DNA of 64,000 nt from Planctomycetota bacterium (GTDB lineage Bacteria; Planctomycetota; Planctomycetia; Pirellulales; UBA1268). The stretch is taken from the NCBI GenBank assembly GCA_029978905.1, contig JAPOIM010000001.1, positions 21,564 through 85,563 of the forward strand, in the 5' to 3' direction. The notes beneath the pieces were generated by a model. It did not search any database, was not told the DNA's origin, and was given only the letters and a program-made list of their open reading frames with translations. A program made the position numbers and the translations under genes. Shown here in pieces: positions 1 through 10,753 of this stretch; position 1 is the first letter of the stretch; each line of letters opens with the position of its first letter.

Positions 1-10
1 GACATCACGA

Positions 11-1561
11 GTGGTGGTCATCGGTGGTGGGCTCGCGGGCCTCGCGTCCGCATGCACCCTCGCAGCCCGCGGCTATGCCGTGACGCTCTGCGACAAGAAC
101 GCCTGGGTCGGTGGCAAGGCCGCCTCGCTCGCTGAGCAGGGCTACCGGTTCGACATGGGCCCCACCATCCTCACGATCCCCGACGTCCTTCGTCGGGTCT
201 TCTCAGAAGCTGGCCGCGATCTTCATCAGGCGCTTGAACTGGTACCGCTCGACCCGCAGTGGCGGAGTTTCTTCACCGACGGCACGACGCTCGACCTTGT
301 TGCGGATGTCGCCGAAATGCGGAAGAACCTTGACGCACTCGCCACTGGCGACAAGGCCGGGAGCGGAAAGGCGGGCGATGGGTTTGTGCGGTTCATGGAA
401 CTTGCCAAGCGGTTACACCGAATCTCAGACGACTACTTTTTTTGGCGTCCGGTCGGTGGCATGAAAGACATGTTCGACTCCAAACGCGGATTGTCGCTGA
501 GCCTCCTCAAAGAAGTCATGGGGATGCGGCCTGGGCATAGCGTGGGAGGCACCGTGCGGGCCTTTGTGCCTGACGAACGTGCGGCGCAGATGTTCGACCA
601 CTTCACCCAGTACGTGGGGAGCAACCCTGAGAACTCGCCGGCGGTGCTGTGCGGCATCGCGAGCATGCAGTCGCGCGACGGCGTGTGGTATCCGATGGGC
701 GGCATCACTGCCGTCCCCAAGGCTTTGGCAGCGCTCGCGGCGGAGCTGGGTGTTGAGATCCGCACCGAATGCCCCGTGAGGAAGATTCGGACGGCCGCGG
801 GGAAGGTGCAGGGGGTGGAAACGGCGGCGGGAGAGTTTCTTCCCGCAGCCGCCGTGGTCAGCAACTCCGATAGCGTCCGCACGCATCGGGAACTTCTGCA
901 GCCGGCTGAAGCGGCCAAGTTCTTGCGGCGACGAGGCTACGAACCCGCCTGCTCCGGAGTGGTACTCTACCTCGGCCTGAAGCGGCGTTACGAACAACTC
1001 CTGCACCACAACTTCGTCTTCTCGCGGGATCCCCACGAGGAGTTTGAAGCGATCTACAAGAGAGGTGAGCCGGCCCCCGATCCCACGGCCTACGTCTGCG
1101 CCCCGGCGGTCACCGACCCGAGCGTTGCGCCGGAGGGTGGAGAAGCCCTCTATGTGCTGGTGCACACGCCCTACCTTCGCCCACACCACGACTGGTCGAA
1201 GATGCTCCCCGCCTACCGCAACACGATCGTCCAGAAGCTGCGTTCCACTGCGGGCATGGAAGACATCGAAGACCGCATCGTGGTGGAGCGGACCCTCACA
1301 CCCCAAGACATCAACGACCGCTACCACGTGCTCAACGGAGCGATCTACGGTCTGGCAAGCCACGGGCGATTCATGGGGGCCTTCAAGCCTTCCAACCGAT
1401 CGCCTGACATCGAAGGCCTGTACCTTGCCGGAGGTGCCGCGCACCCAGGCCCAGGCATGCCGATGGTGATGATGTCAGGCTGGATCGCTGCCGACTGCGT
1501 CGACAAGGACGGCCTCGTCGAACGCACGCAGCCCCGATCCTCACCGGCCATGACCGCCTAA
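11..1561 (+). CDS. Phytoene-desaturase-family FAD oxidoreductase (CrtI/CrtN/CrtP-like carotenoid desaturase or oxidase); true start may lie upstream of the window
   Basis: 516-codon ORF starting at GTG 11. It has the N-terminal dinucleotide-binding motif VVIGGGLAGLASA, plus WVGGKA, FDMGPT and the C-terminal LYLAGGAAHPGPGMPMVMMSG block typical of the CrtI family. The frame stays open back to nt 2. Co-directional acyltransferase and GT2 genes follow. Confidence 0.85.
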   Translation: MVVIGGGLAGLASACTLAARGYAVTLCDKNAWVGGKAASLAEQGYRFDMGPTILTIPDVLRRVFSEAGRDLHQALELVPLDPQWRSFFTDGTTLDLVADVAEMRKNLDALATGDKAGSGKAGDGFVRFMELAKRLHRISDDYFFWRPVGGMKDMFDSKRGLSLSLLKEVMGMRPGHSVGGTVRAFVPDERAAQMFDHFTQYVGSNPENSPAVLCGIASMQSRDGVWYPMGGITAVPKALAALAAELGVEIRTECPVRKIRTAAGKVQGVETAAGEFLPAAAVVSNSDSVRTHRELLQPAEAAKFLRRRGYEPACSGVVLYLGLKRRYEQLLHHNFVFSRDPHEEFEAIYKRGEPAPDPTAYVCAPAVTDPSVAPEGGEALYVLVHTPYLRPHHDWSKMLPAYRNTIVQKLRSTAGMEDIEDRIVVERTLTPQDINDRYHVLNGAIYGLASHGRFMGAFKPSNRSPDIEGLYLAGGAAHPGPGMPMVMMSGWIAADCVDKDGLVERTQPRSSPAMTA

Positions 1562-1580
1562 CCCTTCGGCGACCATCCCC

Positions 1581-2387
1581 ATGGCCGAGCCCGGTTTGCA
1601 CGAGCAGAACCTTCCGCCGTTTTCTCGACCGCGGTTTGGATGGTTCATGAAGTATGTGCGCTGGTTTTTTCGCCGCCACTTCCATGCGCTGCGGCTTCTC
1701 GAGGGCTCCTCTCCCGAGATCCACGGTCGACCGGTGGTGATCTACACCAACCATCCAGGCTGGTGGGACCCACTCGTCTTCTTGTTGCTCGCCGAGCGTC
1801 TCTACCCAGATCGGTTGAATTACGGCCCGATCGACTCTGCCGCACTCGGCAAATACCGTTTCCTGGAATCGATCGGCTTCCTCGGCATCGAGCCGGGCAC
1901 ATGGCAAGGATCGAAGAAGTTTCTGCGGTACGCTCGCGCGAGCCAAAAAAGAGACGACACGATCTTCTGGATCACCGCAGCCGGCTCGTTCGTCGATCCA
2001 CGCGTCCGGCCGGTGCCGATTCGCCCCGGCGTGGCCCACGTGGCAGCTGGTGGCGATGGCCTTCTCGTGCCGCTGGCGATGGAGTATCCGTTTTGGAACG
2101 AACGTTTGCCCGAGGCCCTCGTGGCCTTTGGAGAACCCATCGACCTCGCCACTGCCACCGCCGAGTCAACCGAGGCGTGGCATGAGCGGCTGACCGCAGC
2201 CCTGACCACCACCCAAGACAGACTGGCTACCGCCGCGATGCATCGCGATCCCTCGGTGTTCCAAACATTGGCCGTCGGTCGCGAGGGCGTGGGAACGGTG
2301 TACGACACGATTCGCTGGGCATCCGCTCGACTGCGGGGTCGCGCCTTCGACCCCTCGCACAGTGGATCGACCGAAGGGAAATCCTGA
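1581..2387 (+). CDS. PlsC-family (lysophospholipid-type) acyltransferase; candidate carotenoid-glycoside acyltransferase (CruD-like)
   Basis: ATG at 1581, 19 nt after the desaturase stop. Catalytic HX4D motif NHPGWWD. Sits between a CrtI-family gene and a GT2 gene. Confidence 0.7.
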   Translation: MAEPGLHEQNLPPFSRPRFGWFMKYVRWFFRRHFHALRLLEGSSPEIHGRPVVIYTNHPGWWDPLVFLLLAERLYPDRLNYGPIDSAALGKYRFLESIGFLGIEPGTWQGSKKFLRYARASQKRDDTIFWITAAGSFVDPRVRPVPIRPGVAHVAAGGDGLLVPLAMEYPFWNERLPEALVAFGEPIDLATATAESTEAWHERLTAALTTTQDRLATAAMHRDPSVFQTLAVGREGVGTVYDTIRWASARLRGRAFDPSHSGSTEGKS

Positions 2388-2390
2388 CCC

Positions 2391-3548
2391 ATGGGAACAG
2401 CCGCCCTCATCGAAGTCACGGCGATCGTGGGCCTCGGCCTCGCGTCTGTTCCCGCCATCCTGACCGCTCGGAACCTGCGGCGATTCACGCGGGCACCGCA
2501 CGATGGGCAGGCGTCCGAGCCCGTCTCCGTGCTCATCCCGGCTCGCGACGAGGCCGGATCCATCGAGCGGACCTGTCGGGCGATTCTTGCCAGCGAAGGA
2601 GTCACCCTGGAATTGGTCGTGCTCGATGATGCGAGCCAAGACGAGACAGCCGCGATCGTCAGCCGGCTGGCCCAAGAAGACGCGCGGGTGCGGGTGGTGC
2701 CAGGCCGTCCGCTGCCGAGCGGCTGGTGCGGGAAACAGCATGCCTGCAGCCAGCTCGCGACCCTCGCTCGCTACGACACGCTGCTGTTTCTCGACGCCGA
2801 CGTGACGCTCAAGCCTGATGCGATTCGGCGAGCCGTTGGATTTCTCAACACCTCAGGCGTGGCCTTGGCCAGCGGCTTTCCGCGGCAGCTCACCGGCACC
2901 CCGGTGGAGTGGCTCTTGTTGCCACTGATTCAGTACGTGCTGCTCGGGTTCCTTCCGCTCGGCATGAGTCGTCGAAGTCTCTCGCCAGGCTTGGCCGCCG
3001 GGTGCGGCCAGCTGTTTCTCAGCAAACGCGCGGATTACGAAACCGCTGGAGGACATGCCGCGATCCGTGAATCGCTCCACGACGGCATCAAACTACCGCG
3101 GGCCTACCGACGGGCTGGGCTCTCCACCGATCTCTTCGACGCCAGCGACATTGCCGAATGCCGCATGTACACCCGCGGGGTCGACGTCTTGCAGGGGCTC
3201 TCCAAGAACGCGACCGAAGGGATGGCCACACCGCAGGCGGTCGTCCCTGCCACGATCCTGCTCGCCGGCGGGCAGGTGCTGCCGAGCCTGCTGTTGGCCG
3301 CCGCCCTCACGACCCACTCGGTCTCATCGACCGTCTCGCCGATGACCGTCGCCGCCCTGACAGGGGCCGTGGTCTTCTCCGTGCTCACCCGGATGGTGGA
3401 AGCCGTCCGCTTTCGGGCCCCGTTCTCCAGCAGTTTCGCTCACCCACTGGCGATCCTGGTCTTTCTCGGGATCCAGTGGTTTGGCCTCTTCCGCCGCGTG
3501 GTCGGCATGAAAGCCACTTGGAAAGGCCGCAGCCTCACCCCCCAGTAG
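2391..3548 (+). CDS. Family-2 glycosyltransferase, membrane-bound (CrtQ/CruC-like carotenoid glycosyltransferase candidate)
   Basis: ATG 3 nt after the upstream TGA. GT2 signatures VSVLIPARDE, VVLDDASQDET and LFLDADV. Hydrophobic N- and C-terminal segments. Confidence 0.8.
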   Translation: MGTAALIEVTAIVGLGLASVPAILTARNLRRFTRAPHDGQASEPVSVLIPARDEAGSIERTCRAILASEGVTLELVVLDDASQDETAAIVSRLAQEDARVRVVPGRPLPSGWCGKQHACSQLATLARYDTLLFLDADVTLKPDAIRRAVGFLNTSGVALASGFPRQLTGTPVEWLLLPLIQYVLLGFLPLGMSRRSLSPGLAAGCGQLFLSKRADYETAGGHAAIRESLHDGIKLPRAYRRAGLSTDLFDASDIAECRMYTRGVDVLQGLSKNATEGMATPQAVVPATILLAGGQVLPSLLLAAALTTHSVSSTVSPMTVAALTGAVVFSVLTRMVEAVRFRAPFSSSFAHPLAILVFLGIQWFGLFRRVVGMKATWKGRSLTPQ

Positions 3549-3564
3549 GTCACCGCCGCGGGGC

Positions 3565-4758
3565 TTACGAGGCAGGGCCCGCTCGCCGGCGGGCCTCGGT
3601 CACCGCCCGAATCGCCTCCTCGACGGTCAAACCGCAGGCGGTGAGGTGCCCCATCTTCCTTCCGGGACGGGCGGAGGCCTTCCCGTAGAGATGGAGACGC
3701 ACGCCAGGGACAGCGAGCGCCGCCCCCCAGTCAGGCTCGCCATCACGCCACAGATCGCCGAGCAGATTTGCCATCGCCGCAGGCGCGAGGGCACGCGTTG
3801 AGCCGAGAGGGAGGCCGCACACCGCCCGCACCTGCTGCTCAAACTGACTCGTGGCGGCTGACTCGATGGTGATGTGCCCGGAGTTGTGGGGCCGTGGGGC
3901 AATCTCGTTCACGAGCAGGCGGTGGTCGCGGGTCACAAAAAACTCAACGCAGGCTACGCCAATAAGGTCGAGCTTTTCAGCGAGGCTGCAGGCCACTCGT
4001 TCCGCCCGCTCGGCGACCTCGTGCGGAAGCGGGGCAGGGCAGCTGGCAACATCGAGGATGTGATTGGCATGCAGGTTGAGCGATGGAGCGAATGCGGCCA
4101 CCGACCGGTCGGCGGAGCGCGCCACGACGACCGAAACCTCCATCGCAAAATCGACCCATGCCTCATACACCAGGCGATCCGCCTGGAGCGTCTGCCAAGC
4201 CGCATCGACGTCGGCGGGCGTCGTGAGCTTGACCTGCCCACGTCCGTCGTAGCCAAAGGTCGCCGTCTTCACGACCCCGGGGAGCCCCAGGTCAGCGACC
4301 GCCTGTTGGAACTCGGCGGCCGTGGTGACCAACCGATTCGGCGTGGTGTCGAAACCGTGCTCCGCGAGAAATGCCTTCTCTCGACCACGGTCCTGCGTTG
4401 TCGAGAGGACATCAGGTGAGGGGTGCACGCGGGTGACAGCCGCCATTGCCCGCCCCGCCTCGGCAGGCACATTCTCAAACTCAAACGTGACGGCATCGAT
4501 CTCCGAGGCCACGTGAGAAAGCCTCGCGATGTCGCTGTAGTCGACCTGCACGAATCGATCAGCATGCCGCTGTGCGGGCACATCGGCGGTGTCGCTCATC
4601 ACCGTGACTCGGTAGCCCATCTGGCGGGCTGCCATCGCGAACATCGCTCCGAGTTGCCCTCCACCGAGCACGCCGAGCATTGCGCCCGGCAGCAGCGGGC
4701 TCGGCAGCGTTTCTGTGCGTGTCGCGTCGCATCGCGGCGTCGGCTGGTCAGGCTTCAT
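3565..4758 (-). CDS. purK: N5-carboxyaminoimidazole ribonucleotide synthase
   Basis: ATP-grasp protein with [14 protein letters not shown] near the N-terminus and a typical PurK C-terminus (RKMGHLT). Its ATG overlaps the purE stop (ATGA). Confidence 0.9.
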   Translation of the reverse strand: MKPDQPTPRCDATRTETLPSPLLPGAMLGVLGGGQLGAMFAMAARQMGYRVTVMSDTADVPAQRHADRFVQVDYSDIARLSHVASEIDAVTFEFENVPAEAGRAMAAVTRVHPSPDVLSTTQDRGREKAFLAEHGFDTTPNRLVTTAAEFQQAVADLGLPGVVKTATFGYDGRGQVKLTTPADVDAAWQTLQADRLVYEAWVDFAMEVSVVVARSADRSVAAFAPSLNLHANHILDVASCPAPLPHEVAERAERVACSLAEKLDLIGVACVEFFVTRDHRLLVNEIAPRPHNSGHITIESAATSQFEQQVRAVCGLPLGSTRALAPAAMANLLGDLWRDGEPDWGAALAVPGVRLHLYGKASARPGRKMGHLTACGLTVEEAIRAVTEARRRAGPAS

Positions 4759-5309
4759 GACTTTCCATCGACAGGAGACTCACCCACCCGATCTGCCATC
4801 ACGCGATCCGTCTGCTCGCGCCGGAACGTCTCCAGCTTCTGCCGAAGATCGTCGTCGCCGAGCGCCAGGATCGAGACCGCGAGCAAGCCGGCGTTGGCCG
4901 CCCCCGCTCGACCGATCGCGAGCGTGGCCACAGGAATCCCCGCGGGCATCTGCACAATGGAAAGCAGCGAATCAACGCCGTGGAGCACCTTCGACTCCAC
5001 CGGCACCCCCAGCACAGGCAACGTGGTCTGGGCCGCCACCATTCCCGGCAGGTGCGCCGCCCCACCAGCACCGGCGATGATCACCCGCAAGCCACGTTCG
5101 ACCGCCGTTTTTGCGTAGCTGGCGAGTTTCTCAGGCGTGCGGTGAGCGGAAACCACCTCACACTCGTGAGGCACGCCAAACTCGGAGAGGATGTGCGCGG
5201 CCCGCTCCATGGTCTCCCAATCCGAGCGGCTCCCCATGACAACGCCAACAACAGGAGCGGGGCTGGAAGGGAAGGCCGTGTCGCCAGCGGACGTGGAGGC
5301 AGGTGGCAT
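4755..5309 (-). CDS. purE: N5-carboxyaminoimidazole ribonucleotide mutase
   Basis: [23 protein letters not shown] and [17 protein letters not shown] motifs. The track ORF runs to 5573, but the ATG verified at 5307-5309 gives a canonical ~184-aa PurE. Confidence 0.9.
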   Translation of the reverse strand: MPPASTSAGDTAFPSSPAPVVGVVMGSRSDWETMERAAHILSEFGVPHECEVVSAHRTPEKLASYAKTAVERGLRVIIAGAGGAAHLPGMVAAQTTLPVLGVPVESKVLHGVDSLLSIVQMPAGIPVATLAIGRAGAANAGLLAVSILALGDDDLRQKLETFRREQTDRVMADRVGESPVDGKS

Positions 5310-5422
5310 GGACTCGTCCGGATTCTGGGGAAAAATGTAGGAAAACCGACCCGCATCTTGATGCGGGCAAGGCGTGGTTGCAACGCTGTGTGGAAAACCA
5401 CGACGCTGCGAGCCCCACAAAG

Positions 5423-6457
5423 ATGCCTGAGATTGTGCCCGTTGCCTGGGAGGCTGGAACGCCGCTCTCCGCGGAGAGCCGTGCGACGTTGAGGCGGGCA
5501 GCCGACATCCTGCTGCGGGGCGGCCTGGTCGCCATTCCCACAGAAACGGTGTACGGTCTCGCGGCCGTCGCAACCGACGCCGCCGCGGTGGCGCGGATCT
5601 TCGCAGCCAAGGGGCGGCCTGCCTCCAACCCGTTGATCGTGCACGTCTCGGGGGTCGACATGCTCCGGCCGCTGGTGGCCACGTGGCCGGAGGAGGCCGA
5701 GCGAGTGACCGCCCACCACTGGCCAGGCCCGCTCACCGTCGTGGTCCCAGCTTCAGACGCGGTGCCTGACGTGGTGCGGGCTGGGGGCACAACCGTCGCC
5801 CTGCGATCTCCCGAACATCCGGTGACCGCCTCCCTCCTCGCGATACTCGGCAAGCCTCTTGCCGCGCCGAGTGCCAACCGGTCAGGGCTGATCTCTCCCA
5901 CCACAGCCGCGCATGTGGCCGCGAGCCTCGGAGATGCCGTTGACCTGATTCTCGATGGTGGCACCTGCGACTGCGGTATCGAATCGACCGTGCTCGATCT
6001 CTCGGGTGCGGTACCTCGCGTGCTGCGGCCTGGGCCGCTTGACCGTCAGACGCTCGAAGTCTCTCTCCACGGCTCCATCGAAGGCCCTGAGGCGACCTCC
6101 TCGACCGTCGCTCGCTCGCCAGGGCTTCTTCCACGGCACTATGCCCCGAAGGCCGAACTGGAACTTGCCACAGACGGTCGGGAGCGGGTGCATACCCTTC
6201 TGGCCGCGGACAAACGCGTCGGCTGGATCACGCGAGGCGCAGTTGCGGCGACCGCTGCGGCCGCGAGCGCGTCAAAAGGCCGGTTGCATCATCTCAGCCT
6301 CCCCGACGACCCAGCAGGCTACGCTCGCCATCTCTACGCGAGCCTTCACGCACTCGACGACCTCGGTGTGGAAGCGATTGTGGTGGACCGCCCGCCGGGC
6401 GACGAGGCCTGGCACGCCGTCCAGGACCGCCTGACACGAGCGTCGTACCGAGAATGA
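5423..6457 (+). CDS. tsaC: L-threonylcarbamoyladenylate synthase, long Sua5/YwlC type
   Basis: [28 protein letters not shown] and the C-terminal Sua5 extension. ATG verified at 5423; the track start at 5303 overlaps the purE start and was rejected. Confidence 0.85.
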   Translation: MPEIVPVAWEAGTPLSAESRATLRRAADILLRGGLVAIPTETVYGLAAVATDAAAVARIFAAKGRPASNPLIVHVSGVDMLRPLVATWPEEAERVTAHHWPGPLTVVVPASDAVPDVVRAGGTTVALRSPEHPVTASLLAILGKPLAAPSANRSGLISPTTAAHVAASLGDAVDLILDGGTCDCGIESTVLDLSGAVPRVLRPGPLDRQTLEVSLHGSIEGPEATSSTVARSPGLLPRHYAPKAELELATDGRERVHTLLAADKRVGWITRGAVAATAAAASASKGRLHHLSLPDDPAGYARHLYASLHALDDLGVEAIVVDRPPGDEAWHAVQDRLTRASYRE

Positions 6458-6490
6458 ACCGAGTCGACCCAGCCACGCTCTCGCAGCCGC

Positions 6491-7411
6491 TCAGGCCGCG
6501 GTCGCCGATGCTCCCATGATTTCGGCAAGCGCTTCGGTAATCGTCGGATAGCGGAACGCAAACCCGTGCTCGAGGGCCAGGGCGGGAACCACACGCTGCG
6601 AGTGGAAGAGCACCTGCGCAAACTCCCCGAAGGCGAGGCGAAGCCCAAAGTAAGGAACCGGCACGAGCGCTGGCCGGCCCACCGCCTTGCCCAGAGCCTT
6701 GGTGAACTCACTGTTTCGCACAGGGTTTGGGGCCACCGCGTTGAGTGGTCCCCGCACGCCTGTCGTCGTGGCCGCGAAGAGATACAGGCTCGCCAGGTCC
6801 GCCACGTGGATCCACGGCATCCACTGCTTGCCGTTTCCAAGCGGCCCGCCCGCGCCCATCTTGAAGGGGGTCAGCATCCGGCCAAGAGCTCCGCCCCCAG
6901 CCCCGAGGACAATACCGGTGCGTGCCGTCACAACGCGGACGCCACTCGCCTCCGCCGCCATCGCCTCCGCTTCCCACTCCACACACACGCCAGCGAGAAA
7001 GTCTTTCGCAGGCGGGGAGGATTCGGTGAGCTCCGCCTCGCCACGGTCGCCGTAGTAGCCCACGGCAGATGCCGAGACGAACGTGGCAGGGGGCACCGCG
7101 GCCGAGGTCATTCCCTGGACGAGATGCCTTGTCCCCAGCACGCGGCTGTCACGAATACGAGCTTTTTGCGCGGCACTCCAACGCCCCTCCGCCACAGACT
7201 CACCGGCGAGGTGGATGACCGTGTCGATCCCCTCAAACGCCGCTGCCGGCGGAGGGCCTTGCATGGGGTCCCACGCGTGGAAGCGGCGGGCGAGCGTGCC
7301 GATCGACTCCTTCGCCCGGTCGGGATTCCGCGTCAGGACAACGGGATCATCGAGAAGGCGGAGAAGGCGGGGGCCCACAAAACCAGTGGCGCCAGTGACG
7401 AGTGCTCGCAT
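6491..7411 (-). CDS. YfcH-like NAD-dependent epimerase-family protein (TIGR01777 type, DUF1731 C-terminus)
   Basis: MRALVTGATGFVG Rossmann start. Length and C-terminal pattern (PALVPVP, RVVP, GFAFRYP) are typical of the YfcH family. Confidence 0.8.
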   Translation of the reverse strand: MRALVTGATGFVGPRLLRLLDDPVVLTRNPDRAKESIGTLARRFHAWDPMQGPPPAAAFEGIDTVIHLAGESVAEGRWSAAQKARIRDSRVLGTRHLVQGMTSAAVPPATFVSASAVGYYGDRGEAELTESSPPAKDFLAGVCVEWEAEAMAAEASGVRVVTARTGIVLGAGGGALGRMLTPFKMGAGGPLGNGKQWMPWIHVADLASLYLFAATTTGVRGPLNAVAPNPVRNSEFTKALGKAVGRPALVPVPYFGLRLAFGEFAQVLFHSQRVVPALALEHGFAFRYPTITEALAEIMGASATAA

Positions 7412-7506
7412 CGGTCTCTCTCAAACTGAAGGAAGAAGCCCCCGCGGGCCGGCCATAAAAAACCGTTTGCTGGATTGTAGACAGCGTGGAGAAAAGCACA
7501 GGGCGG

Positions 7507-7558
7507 CTTCAAAACGAAAAGTCCCGCCTTGAACACTCTCGATTCAAGGCGGGACTTC
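7507..7558 (-). terminator. Rho-independent terminator downstream of the 7618-8334 gene
   Basis: A 15-bp perfect stem (7519-7533 pairs with 7543-7557) with a 9-nt loop. On the minus strand it is followed by TTTTCGTTTTG. Confidence 0.8.
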
Positions 7559-7617
7559 GTAAAGTCACCTACGGACCCGAAACGCGCCGCGGCACGAAAG
7601 GCCGTTCTGCCCCCCGC

Positions 7618-8334
7618 TCAGGATCCGGGGAAGCGGGCCTCATGGGCCAGGCTCGTCAAGAACGTGCGGGCGGAGCCGTAGTCGCCTGCGGCGTACTTGT
7701 CGACGCGCTGCTTGAGGGCATCCGCGAAGTCGCTGACCGCCGCCTGGATTTCCTGAAACTGGTCATACGAAACGCTGCCACCAGACGCGGCCCGCTCCGC
7801 GAAGAGCCGGTCGACATTTTGCCGATAGGGATCGAAGACGCTGTCCGTCAGCACCAGCGGGTACGTGATGTGACCGGTGACTGGATCAAGCTCAAGGGTG
7901 GTCAGTCGCGATGGGGCCCTCGTGTGCGCCAACCGGATCGCCTGTTCCTGCGTAATCGGCGGTCCATTCTCCTCGGCCCGCGCCTCGCGGTTCGTCTTTC
8001 GCATGTCGAAGTAGGTGTTGGTCCACTTCTCGCGATTGTCGATTTCCTTGGTCTTGGCATCTTCCCAGTTCTTGGCCGCCTCGGAGTTTTGCAGGTTCTG
8101 ATATCCGGCCGCCCGCATCACCTGAGCCATGCCGTAGTCAGCGGCCTGAGCTGCGGTGGAGGCATAGCCCCCCATCCCGCCGCGTCCCCATCCCCACTGG
8201 GCTTCCGCAGAACCGGGGACACTGACACACGCCACGGCGGCGACGAGCACGATCCAGCCGCCGATGCCGGAGGCACGACATTGGTGCACGTCATGTCGCA
8301 CAGAAACGGTTTCCACGCTCGGGCCTTCGCGCAT
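7618..8334 (-). CDS. Secreted/membrane-anchored hypothetical protein
   Basis: ATG verified at 8332-8334. Hydrophobic signal-like segment GIGGWIVLVAAVACVSVPGSAEA, then a Gly/Trp-rich stretch (QWGWGRGGMGGY). High GC3 coding pattern. No recognisable catalytic motif. Confidence 0.6.
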   Translation of the reverse strand: MREGPSVETVSVRHDVHQCRASGIGGWIVLVAAVACVSVPGSAEAQWGWGRGGMGGYASTAAQAADYGMAQVMRAAGYQNLQNSEAAKNWEDAKTKEIDNREKWTNTYFDMRKTNREARAEENGPPITQEQAIRLAHTRAPSRLTTLELDPVTGHITYPLVLTDSVFDPYRQNVDRLFAERAASGGSVSYDQFQEIQAAVSDFADALKQRVDKYAAGDYGSARTFLTSLAHEARFPGS

Positions 8335-8631
8335 GTTCTGCTCCTCGTAAATAGACGCTGTAGGGAACGGTGTAGGGATGTTTTGGCGGGTTTGTCTGAA
8401 CGGTTGGGGGCGTTCCCGTGGCACGTGTGCCACAGCTGATCTGAGTCGGCCTGCGGGACACGCCGATTTGAGGGGAGGAGTCGGGAAAGCCGCTCTTCGC
8501 CGCTGTCAAACTTTCGAAGTATACTTCCGAACCTGGAATGGGTCATCGCGAAACTCGAAAATCAACCCCCCATTCCCATTTTCCCGACCACCCCACAAAT
8601 CTCTTCTGTTGCCCCCCAGCGGAGTCTCCCA

Positions 8632-10578
8632 ATGCTGTTGCGTTCCATGACCGTCACGCTCTTCCCGCCGAGGACTGGCCTGCTGATTGGCGTGCTCTCC
8701 ATCGGCCTTTTTGCTCTCGGCTGCGGGCCCAAAGAGCCGGCGGCTCCCCAGGGAGACGTTGAGGATGCTGCCGCGGCGACCGGCGATTCTGCGGAACCCC
8801 TCGAAAAAGAACTTTCCGAATCGTCCTCCACCAGCGACCTGATTGCCATGATCGACGCCGCCGCTGAGAAGCGTGGCGGTGGCAAGGAGACGCTCGAGCA
8901 GATTGTTGGTGCGACAGAGTCGGATGAGGCTGACGTGCGGTGGCACGCCGCGCGAGCGATCGGCATGATCGGTGAAGACGCCATCGGTGAGATCCCCACC
9001 CTGATTCGGCTGCTCTCCGACGAAGACCCCGTGGTGGTGGCGCAGGCCGCTTCCGCGATCCGCCAGATCCGGATGGACGACCATCGGGAGAGCGCCGATC
9101 TCGATGACGCCGCACGTGGGCACTACAGCGACGCCACCGAAGCCCTTGTCGGCAAGATCGTGCACCCCGATGCCCGCGTGCGGAGGGTCAGCATTCGCTC
9201 GCTGGCAGCGCTTGAGCCGCCACTCGACATGCTTGTTCCGCTCTTCGCGCAGCAGCTCGTCGACGAAGATCCCTCGGTGGTGATTCCCGCGCTGCACACG
9301 ATGGCCGATGCAGGCGCTGTGGCCGTGCCGTTCCTGATCGAATCGCTCGCCGAGCCAAAGTCGCGATACTGGGCCAGCGTTGTTTTGGCCGAACTCGGGC
9401 CTGAGGCGGGGGATGCCGTTGGCTCACTCCTGGCCATCGCTGAAGACGCCGATGGCGAGCCTGAGGAGCGGATGCAGGCGATTCTCGCCTTGGCCGCGAT
9501 CGGCGAGGCCGCCGCGTCGGCAGGCGATTCGCTCGCAGCGATGGCCGCCAACGAGGCTGGTCCTGTGCAATACGCTGCCGTCTACGCATGCGGCATGCTG
9601 CGGGTTCCTGCAGCGACCGACGCCCTTGAGTCGATTGCCGCATCGGATGTGCCTTTTCTCCCAGGCATTGCCACGTGGGGCTTGGCTCGCATCCACCCCG
9701 AAGACACCGCTCGGATCGCATCGGCCTACGAAAAGCTGATGGCCGGCCTTGAGCACGAGAACCCCACCGTGCGTCAGGCCAGCGTGACGGGGCTTTCCGA
9801 TCTCGAAGACGAGCTCACTGAAGAGCAGCGTTCGACCCTGGCGACGGCCCTGACTGGCACGCTCAACGACGATGTGCTGGAAGTACGGGAAGCCGGCGCG
9901 GCGGCACTTGTCCGACTCGGTGCAGACGCAACGCCCGCCCTCGTCACACTCCTCGGCGAGAGTGGGGAGGCTCAGCGAGCCGGCCTGGAACTCCTCGCAG
10001 CGATTGGCCCCCCAGCGGCCGCCGGCTTTGGTCCAGCGCTCGACACGCTCGTGGGCAGTGACGATGTCCTGGTTCGCGCCGACGCTGCGTTTACCCTCGG
10101 CTCGCTCGCTCGCGCCGACGGCGAAACGGCATCGACGGTCGACGCCGCCTCGCTCGAAAAGGCAGTCAGCACGCTCGTCGAACTGGTGAGCGGCGAAAGC
10201 AGTCCTGCGGAACTTCGCTACACCTCCGTTTACGCACTCGGCAAGGTTGGTCCCGCTGCGGCAGCCGCAGCCGAAACGCTGCGAACGCTGTCGACCAGCG
10301 ACGACATTTTGCTGGCCACAGTCGCCGCGTGGGCCGGCCTGCGTGTGGAGCCGGACAACCGTGCTCAATACGAACAGGCCATCCCACTCCTGGAAAAAGC
10401 GCTCCAGTCGGATCGTGAACTCGCCCGCCTGGAAGCCGCGGTTGCCCTCGGCGAAATCGGCGCCCACGCCGCAGGATCGCTGCCGCTGCTCCAACTGGTG
10501 AGCGAAGACGACCCTTCACGCGAGGTGCGTGCCGCCGCTGCTGCGGCTGCTGGGAAGATCGGGGCGACCGGCTCCTGA
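8632..10578 (+). CDS. HEAT-repeat lipoprotein
   Basis: Signal peptide with lipobox LFALGC. About 16 degenerate HEAT/PBS-lyase-like repeats (e.g. DVRWHAARAIGMIGEDA, VREAGAAALVRLGADA, ELARLEAAVALGEIGAHA). Confidence 0.75.
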   Translation: MLLRSMTVTLFPPRTGLLIGVLSIGLFALGCGPKEPAAPQGDVEDAAAATGDSAEPLEKELSESSSTSDLIAMIDAAAEKRGGGKETLEQIVGATESDEADVRWHAARAIGMIGEDAIGEIPTLIRLLSDEDPVVVAQAASAIRQIRMDDHRESADLDDAARGHYSDATEALVGKIVHPDARVRRVSIRSLAALEPPLDMLVPLFAQQLVDEDPSVVIPALHTMADAGAVAVPFLIESLAEPKSRYWASVVLAELGPEAGDAVGSLLAIAEDADGEPEERMQAILALAAIGEAAASAGDSLAAMAANEAGPVQYAAVYACGMLRVPAATDALESIAASDVPFLPGIATWGLARIHPEDTARIASAYEKLMAGLEHENPTVRQASVTGLSDLEDELTEEQRSTLATALTGTLNDDVLEVREAGAAALVRLGADATPALVTLLGESGEAQRAGLELLAAIGPPAAAGFGPALDTLVGSDDVLVRADAAFTLGSLARADGETASTVDAASLEKAVSTLVELVSGESSPAELRYTSVYALGKVGPAAAAAAETLRTLSTSDDILLATVAAWAGLRVEPDNRAQYEQAIPLLEKALQSDRELARLEAAVALGEIGAHAAGSLPLLQLVSEDDPSREVRAAAAAAAGKIGATGS

Positions 10579-10753
10579 GCCGGACTCTGAGGCCTACACC
10601 AATCGCAAGCCCCAGCGTCGGCCGACTGGATTTCGCCCCCTCCGCTTTCCGATCTCAACAGATGGACAGCGGGTGGGCGAGCCGGTCGGCAGTCGGCGCT
10701 CGCAGCCCCCGCGTCTGCTCACCCCATCACGGCACCGCCGGTCAGGGACAGAC

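Noticed and set aside
8418-8433. Sigma-54 promoter or operator: inverted repeat GTGGCAC-GT-GTGCCAC in the divergent region upstream of the HEAT lipoprotein gene
   Set aside because: It contains TGGCAC, but no GC dinucleotide at the required -12 spacing in either orientation. A single 7-bp inverted repeat in high-GC DNA is weak evidence by itself. It remains a possible operator but is not supported further.
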